Positions 37,701 through 49,700 of a stretch of 64,000 nucleotides of DNA are shown in pieces. The stretch comes from Podarcis erhardii (Eukaryota): the NCBI GenBank assembly GCA_964252035.1, contig OZ176209.1. One strand, written 5' to 3'. Each line of letters opens with the position of its first letter. Positions within the stretch are counted from its first letter, which is position 1. Both the position numbers and the translations under genes were made by a program. Below the pieces are notes generated by a model that made no database searches, had not been told where the DNA came from, and worked only from the letters and a program-made list of their open reading frames with translations.

Positions 37701-40700
37701 CTCAGCCAGCTAGTTAAAATACATTTCACAGTTCTAACAACCACAAGCCAAGCCAAAAAGCGCTAAGCAGGAATAGACCAGTCAGAGAACAGATGACTTT
37801 CAAACCTTTTGAAAAACTTGAAGTAAAACTTGCAGTAATACAATCAATCTTTATTATGGTCCAGAGACCCAACAAATCATTACAAACAGTAATACAAAGT
37901 GCAGTGAAAAAGAACAAAAAAAGTTACTATTGAAATAACAACCATATCCATGCAAAATAATCAGATAAGACAAATTGCATCATAAGCCAGTTTACAGGCC
38001 AACGTGTGCTTGAAGGTGCCTAGTCCTGAGAGATGTGACTGGCTGGGCCTTGTTCTCTCCCCCTCCATCCACCGTGAGTGGAAAAGGAACTTGGGGAATG
38101 TGATTTTTAGCTGAAGGGAAACTTTAGTTTATCATTTTTAAAGGCATTTACAGATCATCTTTCTGGACAAAATCCTCTCAAGGTGGAAAGGGATTAAGCA
38201 GCTTCACCTCACTTTTCTTCCACTTGAACACAGCTTGCACTAGGATCCTTTCTGCTTTAAAAGATATATTTTAGAAAAAAGAACCTGAATTCTACTTTTT
38301 TTGTAATTTGAGCATGCGTTCTGCACTTTGACAGGGAGTTGCATACTATTTTTAAGTGTCAGTAAACATAAAACTGATTTTTTTTTCTTCTTCCAACAAA
38401 GCAAAGCCAACATTCCTCCTTGAGAGCCTAGCTAACTGTCAGGCAATGTACTAAAATAAAAAGCTGTTTTTAAAAAATAATTCTTAACACAAATGTTAGG
38501 AAAAACACATTCTTAGGAGTTGAGAAAATCACAACGAACATTTCTTTGTCTAGATAAAATTCCCAAAAGGATTATTCATTTCTGAAGTTTGCCCATAATT
38601 TCACTTAACAGCCTTGTTTTAAAAAGTCATGAAAAACCTGTTCCCATATCTTTTGTGAAAATAGATGGCTAAGCAACAAATGGAAGGTTTCGCAGTTTGT
38701 GTGAATAAAGACAGAATCCCACAGTTATTCTTAATTGTAAAAGAGTAACAACATTTTTCCCAGGAACAAACAAAACAAAAACGAGATAAATTTAGTGTAT
38801 ACTTTTGCTGCTACAGTTCTAAGTGAAATGAGTTGGAGATATGTACCTCCTAATCTTTTCAAATATTTTTTGTACTGGAGAATTTCCTGCTGGACTTTGT
38901 CCAATAAAAATGGATAGGGGGAAAGGGTAAAACATGACAAAGAAAAGAAGGGTGAATTCCTGTTGATTTAGCCTCCAGGAGAGGAGGAGCTTGCTTTTCT
39001 AAGAGGAATATGTAACAGGCCTATAAAGATTAAATGTTGTTTTCTTCTAATGGGGTCATTCCTCAGTAAGGCGTGTGCTGAAATGAAAGAGGCTGTCATT
39101 CCATTGATGCTGGTTGTGTCTGAGTGGTTACCTTCCTCTCATAACTGGCTCTTTTTGACTTTTTGGAATAAGGGACCGCAGAGACCTCAAACTGGCTTCA
39201 AACTGGGAGTGGGGAATATAACCCCTTGACAACTGGTATTTAGGTTGTGTTTCAGTGCTAAATTCTGATTCAATTCTGTTTTGAATGACCCTGATCTGTC
39301 ATAGTCAAGAGCAGGGGTGGGGAACATGTGGCAATGGTTGTGGAAAAGTGGCCTCGCTTGCAGGCCAAGATTGGTCTATGGGCCGAAAGTTCCCCACTCC
39401 TGGAATAGATGGACAAATATTCTGACCTGGTTTGAGGCAGTTTGTTTTGTTTTGTTGGCTATGATTATTTTAAAACAATCATCTGCTTGTATGCACGGGG
39501 GGGGGAAACCCTGTTGAAGTATCATCTACTAACTTTCCTGATTTTCCTCTGCAGTAGTTCAGAATCTGAGATGGAAGAAGAAGAGGAGGAGGAGGAAGAA
39601 GAACAGCCACAGCAGCCCACTTCTGACCTGGGTGGTGTGCCTTGGAAAGAGGCTGTGCGGATACATGCCATGCTGAAGGGCAGGAGTGAGGAAGAGCTGG
39701 ACACAGAGAAGAATCATGACAATGAAGCAGAGGAGGAAGAGGAAGAAGAAGAAGAGGAGGAGGCGGAAGAAGAGGAAGAAGTCTCTAGTGAAGGTTAGTA
39801 GATAGTTTCAATTGCTTCTCATGATACATTCGGATATGTATATTAATTTTATTTTTTCAATGCTATTCAATTTATATCTTGCCATTGATCCTGAAGGAGC
39901 CCAGGCTGGCATATTGATCCCAGATTGCCATCATACAGAATAGATAATCAAATATAAAGTGCATCTCCCATTTCTTTTGGAAAACTTGGAAGTCAGTGCA
40001 AAGACTGCAAACCTGCTGGAGACTCATGTTTACGGACTACTGGGAAGTCCCATGAAAAATCTTTAGAAGAAGTATATGGGCCCAAGGTGGTGGTCTTCAT
40101 CAAGTTGGCATTTATTAAAATTGTATTTTCTCTAACCTATCTTGCTCTCTCGCTCTCTCTCTTTCTCTGGTTTTCATCTCTGTAACACTGTTCCAGGCTT
40201 TCATTTTTCAGTCTGCAAATTTACGTCTGGGAATCAACATAGAATTGGAAGGAACCCCAAGGGTCATCCGGCCCAACCCCCTGCAATGCAGGAATTTCAG
40301 CAAGATCATACATGACAGATTGCCATCCAACCTCTGTTTAAACACCTCCAAGGAATAACAGTCCACCACCTCTTGTGAGAGTCTATTCCACTGTTGAACA
40401 GCTCTTAACTGTCAGAAAGATCTTCTTGGTGTTTAGTCAAAATCTCCTTTCTTGTAACTTGACAAGCAGAGGCTTGACAACCATATGTCAGGAGTGCTCT
40501 GATGGTGTTTCCTGCTTGGCAGGGGGTTGGACTCGATGGCCCTTGTGGTCTCTTCCAACTCTATGATTCTATGAATCCATTGGTTCAGGTCCTATCCTCC
40601 TGAGGAGAAGAAAACAAGCTTGCTCCATCCTCCATGTGACAGCCCTTTAGATATTTGAAGATGATTATCATATCTCTTCTCAGTCTCTCTTTAGCAAGCT

Positions 40701-43700
40701 GAACATACCACATTTCCTCAATCATTCCTTATAAGGCTTGGTTTCCAGACCCTTGATCACCTTAGTCACCATTTTCTGCACACGTTCCGACTTGTCAATA
40801 TCCTTCTTAAATTGTGGTGCCTAGAACTGGGCACAGTATTTCAGGTGTGGTCTGACCAAAGCAGAACTAGTGACTTCCCTTGATCGGGACACTGTGCTTC
40901 TGTTGATGCAGCCTAGAATAGAAGTAGCTTTCTTCCTTTTTTGCTGCTGCATGTTGAATCCTATGAAACTTGTGGTCTACTAAAACCCCTAGATCCTTTT
41001 CACATGTACTATTTGCAATCCAGGTGTCGCCCATCTTACATTTGTGTACCTGGATCTTCCTGCCCAGGTGTAGAACTTTACATTTGTCCCTACTGAAATT
41101 CATTTTGTTAGTTATGGCCCAGTTCTGCAATCTGTTGAGGTCTGTCTTCTGCAGCATTGGCTTCCCCTCCCAGTTTGGTGTCATCTGCAAATTGGATGAG
41201 TATCTCCTCCATACCTACATCCAAGTCATTCATAAAGATACTGAACAACACTGGGCCCAAGACAGAACTTTGCAGCATCCCAGTTGTCACATGTTGCATT
41301 CAGGTTTAAAACAGAGTTATAATTTGAGGAGCCGGTTCAACAGGCAGGTACTCCTCCATAACAAAAGGCTTGGGGAAGAGCCAAAGCTTAATTGTACAAT
41401 GCACGTTTTGCATGCAAAAACACTCTGGGCTCAATCCCCAGCAGTTTTGGGTAGGGCTGGGTGAGACCTGACTGAAACCCTGGAGAGCTACCACCAAACA
41501 GTGTAGGCTATACTAAGCTAGATGGATAAATGCTCTATAGGTGGCTTTTTATGATCTACATGATGGCAGCTGATCAAAGGTCCATTGCCAGGGTTACAGA
41601 AGTTACAGAAGTAATGAAAGATCGATTTGCCTGCAGGCCAAGGAAGTAGTTCAGTAGCAGGGTGAAGAGGCAAGTCAGGGCTGGAACTGTGATTCAGTAA
41701 ATAAGTTAAGTGAAAAGTTTGGCATGTTGCTGTGGCTGTTGGTGATGAAATGTTCAGAGGCTGTATTTATTTGGCTTGGATGTGTTTGTATAGGTTTAGA
41801 GTCTTATCACAGCTCAGAACTAGGAGCCAGCAGCAAAGGCCTGTGAACAGCAGAAAGGCTGGACAAAGCTTTGCTTCCAGACCAGAAGGACCCCTGCTTT
41901 TAGTTATATAGGGGTCTGCACTTGGATTAGAAATTGGATTTTTTCCCTCCTCAGCTCCTTTATGACTGGTTAAGACATGGATTAATTGGGGGTGGAAAAC
42001 CACATGTCTGAACTAGGGATTACCACCTAAGGTAGTTGGGAAATCAAGAGTGAGTCACAAAAAGTGTTGTGTGTAGATATTCATGCTTGCATCTAATGGG
42101 AACAGTTCTGCATTAACTGCTTAAGGGAGTATCAGTTACAGATCAGAACAGGCAGGTGTCTCAGTTATTGAAAGGTTGGGGAACCATAAATCTGCATAAT
42201 ATTCAGTCTTCAGGGATTTATAGGGTGTTGGCATTTTAAATTACTTTTGAGGACTGTTTGTGGAGATAGAAAGCCTTGCTACTCAAGTCACTTTTTTGTC
42301 GTGGTGGCTGGTACCTGATCAGTTTCATCAGACACCACGACAAAATTTGGGTGGGTGGGGCTCTTCCAAATGAGGTGTTCAGCTTTCAAAATGGGCCTCG
42401 TTTGTCAGAGAACTCACACATCTCTTGCAGCACCTGTTTAAGAACAAAGTGCCTTTTCAGTAAAGGCCATTGATGAGTTAAAGACAACAGAGATCAAAGC
42501 AGCTTCAATTGTGCTATTAAACAGACCAAGGAACTTGCTATTGGAGCTATCACTACAAAATATTTCTGTACTTGAATATTGTAAAGTTGCATCTTGGAGA
42601 CAGATAATCCGGCACCTTCTGCTTCAAGCAGGCTTACAAATGTGAAGTTCTCAGAATTCCTTTACCACCAGCTCACTTAAATTTGCACATCAGAAAGAAA
42701 TTTAGTTGATGAATGCCTTGGAACAGAAGAGCACTTTCAAGCACTTTCTGAACAGATATTGCTTTTTGGCAAGGAAATTACTTGTAACCCTCTATACAGC
42801 TGTGATTAATTTATATATGCCTGTCATGAAGAAGGAAAGAGTTTCTTGCAACAGGCACACACAACAAAGTAGACAGGTGCTCATCATATGGGGTGGTGTT
42901 CCTACACATTGCATTTAATTCTGTACACGTAAGTGAAATCTGTGTAAGGTTTCTTATAGGTGAAGCAGTCCTGAACCTTTCTGGATTTCCCTAAAACATC
43001 GCTGTGTTCTTTCTGATTCTCTGTCCTTCTCTTTTTCTTTGTTCTGCTCTAATTTCTGTATCAATGCTATTTGTTGATGTGTGACTCCCCCTGCTGTAGA
43101 GGGAGAGTATTACCCTTGGGAGAGAGAACTTCAGCAAGGCCTCTGGCTTCAACGTCTCTCAAATGAAGAGGACACGGGTACATTTAAAGGTACCCTCACA
43201 TTGTCATAACCTCCCTTAAAGGGGGTGCATTTTACAAAGAGCAGGCTTCACATGAAGCAACATATTTTTTTTAAGTTGTTTCACCAAATTGGTTGTAATT
43301 GAGAATTACTGTTAGCTTCCAGATAAGGAGCGAACAAAACCTGTATATTTACAGCTCAAATTCTGTTTGTTTGCTTCTGTTCCTATTTCTGCTTTGATTC
43401 TCTGGGAAGAGAGGTCAAGCCTGTGAAGGGTGCTGAAATGCCTACTTTATCTCATGAACCATATTCCTTTTGTTCCTTTTTTGCAGAATACATGATACAC
43501 TGAAACATAAAACTTCAGTGCTTTATATGCAGTTTCAGTTATTATTGTACAAATCAGATAAAGGACACAGGAGTAATGACTGTTAACAAGGCCAATTAGC
43601 TGCCCTCAGATAAACATCTGTATCACACACACAAATTCCCATCGGAGAAATGTTCATTTTAAGGTCTCTTAACTGGCCAAGTGAAATTGGGAATGGGGAA

Positions 43701-46700
43701 ATGCATTCAGAATAAGAAGGTACAGTTTGGGATGATAGGCTGAGGCCTGCTCTTTGGAAGCCTTGCTAGGTTTCTATGAATTTCCCTTCTACTCTCAATT
43801 CTTGCTGGTTGAAACTCACCCTTCTAACTCCTAATGCTGTGTGATGTGGTATAAACACTAACTCTACTTACCCAAGGACTTTCCATCAAGGGGACTTGAC
43901 AGCACGAGGTGCCATGCGGCCACCAGGATTCATCACTCACTTCTGAATAGCATTTTTCCTTCCACAGTTCAGTTTTATCACTCAATTTGTGTCAAATTAG
44001 AAAGGTATTAATTAAAAATAGGACAATCATGTTACTTTTTGAAATGCTTTTGTCTAGAAAAGAAAGGGAACACAGAAGTCACTTTTTATATATAAATCAT
44101 TCTGTAATGTCATCTTCCTGGGTTTTCTTAGTATTAAGCAAAGAATGCTAAAAAGTACAGGTCTCTGTACTTTTTCTGTGCACATGGATATCCAGTTACT
44201 AGCAGAATGTGACTTTTTCCTATTATAATACTTAAAAGGAAAACTTAGAGATGGTGAATTCTTGATTAATAATATGCATCATTGAACCATTTTTGGCATG
44301 GAGTGGAATTTCCAAACTGCAATCCTGTCTGTGCATGTGTGGGAGAGGGCGAGTGAGTCTGGAGGGGAGCATATGCATGCATGATGCTGAATTTTACCTG
44401 TCTTCTTTTGCCAGCTGATCTCAGCAAGTAACTTCTTTCATTTTTCCCTCCCTTTCCCTGCATTTCTTTCCTATTGTGTGTGCTCCTTTTCCTTCCCTCT
44501 CTTTTTCCTCCCTTTTATCCCTTGCCACTCCATCAACATGATCCACCATTGGCCTCTTGTCTGCTAGCTGGAAACCTGAGGCTGCAGCAGATAGTAAATC
44601 CGATTGATCCACTGGAGATCTTGGCAGATGTGCATTGGACACACATCCGTCAGAAAGAGGAGGAGGAAAAACTGGGCCCTACTTCTAAGTCCTCCACCTC
44701 CAGAGGTAAACGTGTCTGCTGCGTTGACCCCTTACATCACAAGGACATTTGTTCCCTATTGATTGTATCTTCAGAAAGGCCAACTCTCGAATGTCTTAAT
44801 GTCACTTTCAGCAATGTTCATTTCAGGTTGGTCTCCGTTTGTTGTTGCTTACAAAGGCCATCAAAAGGGAATCTTCCAGGCTTGCATCCCTGGTTACATT
44901 TACGTTCTGATGCTCTCCTACTTATAAGGATCTAATTGTAGCAGGAGAAAGATCTGAATACAGGACTTGATAGACCCTTGGCATGGTTTAGCAGGAAGTC
45001 TTAGCGGAATTTTATTTAACTCTGAAAACAAATTGTTATTCTTTGTGTCCACAACTTAGAGCTGTGTGGATCCCAAATTTTGTCTAAAAGCAGGAAGTGC
45101 CAATTTTCTTAAGATAGTACAATGTTCTCTTGATTAAGTTTGGCAGCTCCTTTTGTGACAATACAGTTGGTATCTAATATGGTTTTGCTTAACATTGGGT
45201 AGGAAGGAGAAGAGTAACTCTACTAGGTACTAGGCTCCAGGTACAGAGGAGGATATGAGAGCAGGAATTGTCTTGCTTTCCTCTTTCAACCAGCTTCAAT
45301 ATGAGCAGAAGTGTCTTAATCTTAAAGTGGATGGAAGATAACAAAGGTGATTCCACCCTTGCTGAGGCTGAGTGGAAGAGAGGCTCATGGCACTTCCTGC
45401 TGTGTCTTACTTTCCCCTGTGCTTAACAAGGATATCATAGCCAGAGATGGTCCTCTCTCTGAGAAGCTTGTTCAAGGAAGTTTTGGCACCTAGGCTTAGG
45501 AAGTGGTTTTTAACGAGCCTGAAAATATGCCATGGAAGTATGAGAACAGGATCACAGTGATTGATGTCTGCTAGTATGCCTATGTGGGGTATAGTGGAAG
45601 GCAGTCCTTTGAGCAGGCCTTTAAGTGTTCTGGGCTTCCTAAAGCAGATAGAAGCAGTTCTATACTAGTGAGAGCTTGTGGTGGCGGCTAATGCAAGACA
45701 GAAATGTGAAAGCAAGTAAGTCCCTAAATATCAGGAGCAGAGAGGTGTAGAAAGTTACATAGAAAGGCCAATCCATTTAAAAAAAAACCTCAGTACTGTG
45801 GAGACCTCAGTTGGAATTTGGGATTCAGGATAGAGTAACAAGAATGATGAATGGCCTAGAAGCCAAATTATGTCTGGAGAATCGGAAAGAGTTGAGTATA
45901 TTCATTGTGAAGAGGAAAGTTTTACTTTTGCATTTATTTAAATATATTTATATCTACTGCATGACTGAGAAATGTTTGAAGAAGAATAGAGAATGCAGTG
46001 CTAAATAATTAAGTTTTAAGAAGGTTGCTCTTTCTTAAATGTTAGGGGAAATGTCCTAAGCATAAGACAAATATTGCTTATGACAGTTCTGGCTTCTTCT
46101 TCCTTGGATAATTCTTTTAAAAGCTGAAACTGAATGCTTTTAAGTATCTTGCCTGTAGCGAAAGAGGTGTTGCTCAATGCTCCTTATTCTATGCAGGATT
46201 TGCGGGGAAATCCATACAAAGCATTCTCTGTGGGCCTCGTTAACCAGAAAAAAGCAGGGCATGGAAACTTGAAAATTCTCTTGCATTGCCTCTGACTTCC
46301 TGTGCAAAGTAAACCTGTTGCTGTTGGGATAGTGGGCCCTTTCCTATGCTCAGAGCTCCCAGGAAATGCCTGCCTTTGCCATTGCCTGGAGCTGATGTTT
46401 ATTATGTCATTCCAGGTCTGTGTTGCTAAGGTACTTCCCATAAAGTAATTGCTTTGCACAATAACTGTGGAGCTTGTTACTTTCCTCTTGCAGTGGGTTC
46501 CAGATTTCTCTCTACAGCTTCAGCTGTAGGGAATTCATCATGTGCCTAGTATTCAGAGAGCAGTACAATGGTACCTCTGGTTAAGAACTTAATTCGTTCT
46601 GGAGGTCCATTCTTAACCTGAAACTGTTCTTAACCTGAATCACCACTTTAGCTAATGGGGCCTCCCGCATCCGCTGTGCCGCTGGAGCACGATTTCTGTT

Positions 46701-49700
46701 CTCATCCTGAAGCAAAGTTCCTAACCTGAGGTACTATTTCTGGGTTAGCAGAGTCTGTAACCTGAAGCATCTGTAACCTGAAGCGTCTGTAACCCAAGGT
46801 ACCACTGTACGTTGCTGCTACAAAGCTGTCAGGATCTGTAGTCCATTTAGGTTCAGTTTTAGTTATATTCTCCAAATGATTTGCAGTGTCTCATCTTCCC
46901 TCTAATATAGAACTAACTTTTAACGGATGTTCTGTGTTTGATTAATATTGAAAATAAATTCTAAGTAGAGTAGGTCATGTGGACACTCTTTGCAAGAGAA
47001 AGGTTATCTTTTCACTCTACACACATTTCAGATGTCAGGAAATGCCTAACCTTCAACCTCTGGCTGCGTAATTTTCCCAGCCAGAATTCTCCTGTTTTTT
47101 GGAAGCCTCACATAGGTGCTGTTAGTCTTCAGCCACGCCTTTCATCATCCAACTGCATATTCGATCTGTCTGTCTCAGGAAGTCTCAAACTTTTTTTATA
47201 GCAAACCTCTTTAGGTCAAGGGAATTGTTCTTTCCTGGTTCTAGAGTTACAGGGCCAAAACTGAGAAGGCCCAGTCCCAAACACTGAGATCTTATTTCTA
47301 AAAGTAAAATAAAATTAAAAATTGAACTTGGAATGCCAGTAAATCTCAGGACCGAGAAAATTTTATAACAGAAGTAGATGTTTGTTTTTGCTTTATTCCA
47401 CATGAGTGTGTTACATAAACTTTCACTGGTGACCTAGAATCTGAATCTGTGCGCCCTTCTTGGAATCTTCTGAGTTTTCTTTCCTCTTATCCTATTCACC
47501 ATCTTGATTTTTATAAACTGTAAGCTGCTTTTACTGTCCACAGATTAATTTAGTATAAAAGTACTCTTCCTTGTCACATAAATAACAAATACAAGAGAAT
47601 GGTGAAAAGAGACTAGGGCTTGCTGAAGGAGTACCATACAGAAGATGGTTAATTAGACATACTCTATTGTCTACAGTTCTACAGGAAAGGCCTTGTCAGG
47701 TGTGAGAAGTAAGAACCTGATGACTTTGATGGGCTATTAGGAAATAGGGAACAGCATTCTGGGTAATGCAGGCATCAAATGAGTCTGTAACAGATGAGCT
47801 TGGCAGAAGACACAGAGGACTGAAGAGCCTTTGGTGTGAGGACACTGTTCTAAACCCAACAGTTAGGCATACATAAACCCAATGAAATCCTTGAGTTTAA
47901 GTAAGCCAAACTCTGTGCTAGACTTAGGCCATTGACTAACTTACTGCACACATTTAATGTGTGGGAATTGAAGAATCAGTTCAACCATCCAAGGGGAGGT
48001 GGGGACTTAATACAGATAGGGAAAGGGATACATTTTGCAGGACTGTTGTGATTTGAATGAAAAGAAATGGCCAGCAGTAGTCTAAGTGAGGCTTGATTGA
48101 TCCAGAGCTTGGACAAGGATTCATCTGCTGTCAGAAACGAACATCTTTGCACCACCTTTCCTTGCAGGTGGGTAACACAAACCACTGCAGCAATTACTCA
48201 TGCTTCAAGGATTCATGGTTCATCTTTCTCCCCCCACCCCCCGCCTTTCGGAGCAGGGGGTGGGATGACTTTTGAGTCTGGTCTTCCCTGTGTTTGGTGT
48301 CTCCTTGGTCTGTCTGCTCTTCTTGAAGTTTCCCTCCCTTGATGTTTCCGTTTCAGATGTTTTCACTTTCAAAGTATTTGTTTCGTTGCTTTGAAATTTA
48401 TTTTTATTTTATTTTATTTTAATTCAGCATCGGACCTTCCCTCCATACGCCACGAGGCAGTGCAGGCGTGGCTGGAAGCAGTCCCAGGAGGTAGTTTTGC
48501 TGATGTTCTGTTTTACAGCTCACAAGTAACCCTGCCTGCCACTGCTGGTGCTCCCACCTGCCCGGAATTTTAGTGTTCCAGCTGCTGGCCCTTTTTTAAC
48601 CATGGAGCTATCTGTGCCTTTGGTGCTACTGCATGCTGGGTTGGGGAGGAAGGAGAAGGGAGGAGGCTGCATGTCTCACTGAGATGGTTAATTCTTGCAT
48701 GAACTAGGCTTCCACCTTAACCTCTCCCAAGGCAGGCCAAACAAAAAAGAGGTCCGTGTGTATTATGAAGGAATTGCAGCTGTTGTTGAGGAGGAAACGG
48801 ATTTTTCATTTGTGCAGTAGGAAATTAGGACCAATTTAAATCAAACGTTTCTTGTATGTGGCACTTCAAAGAAGCTATGCAGATGCCTCTATGTTTTGAA
48901 GGTTGTTTTATGCAAATAATAATAATAATAAGGCCATTTATATAGAACTATATAGCATTATACAGCAAAGGGTTCAAGTTACTTCACATTTTTCTATCAT
49001 TAATCTTTTTCTCATTAATCCTGTAAAATAAGTTAAGATTATTCCCGCATTGTAGATGTCAGCTCATTTTAAGAGATGATAGCTTGCCTTATAGCTTCCT
49101 CTGAATTCATAGCAGAGGTGACACTTGGATCAGAGACATTTTCTTCACAGCCACTATGCTACAGGAGCCCATGTGCATATGGCAGGCATGAGCATTGTGT
49201 AGTCCCATGCACGTGGCTGGAAAATATCACAGCAACTTGGAACCATCATGTTTACAGCAGCCCCTAGTTGTGAATTTCTAAGTTCTTCCATTCCTGTGAG
49301 AGACCTGGGCACCCCCTGAATTTGGCATCATTTCAAAGAGGAGAAAATGCTTTAACAGACCGAAGCTTTTTGTAACCCTAAAATCTGAGAGAAAGGTGGA
49401 ATATGTTAGCTGTTCTTGCCAGACCATCTTCTGGATCAGGGGTAGCCAACATGGCACTCTCCAGATGTTGTGGCCATTTAGCATGCTGTCTGGGACTGAA
49501 GGAAGCTGCAGTCTAAAACATCTGGAAAATGCCCTACTCCCTCCCTGCACTTATTATTCAGAATAACCCCTGTCACTGAGGGCATTTTAGGAAAGAAGAA
49601 CCAGGTTTTTACAAGCTAAAAACTTAATTTTGCATAATAGAAAAGTGATTACTTGAGATTTGGCACCTGAGTTTTGCATGAATGTAGTTAGTGCATTTCT

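Noticed and set aside
40867-41299. Minus-strand ORFs with reverse transcriptase motifs ([15 protein letters not shown]), and similar ORFs at 11504-12049
   Set aside because: Frameshifted CR1 LINE remnants, not an intact RT gene or a retron-like system.
44706-44935. Frame stays open about 76 codons past the exon L donor (and 27 codons past exon Q, to 57533)
   Set aside because: With about 19 donors, one such run is plausible by chance. The donors look normal and I recall no homologous tail, unlike 17926-18167.
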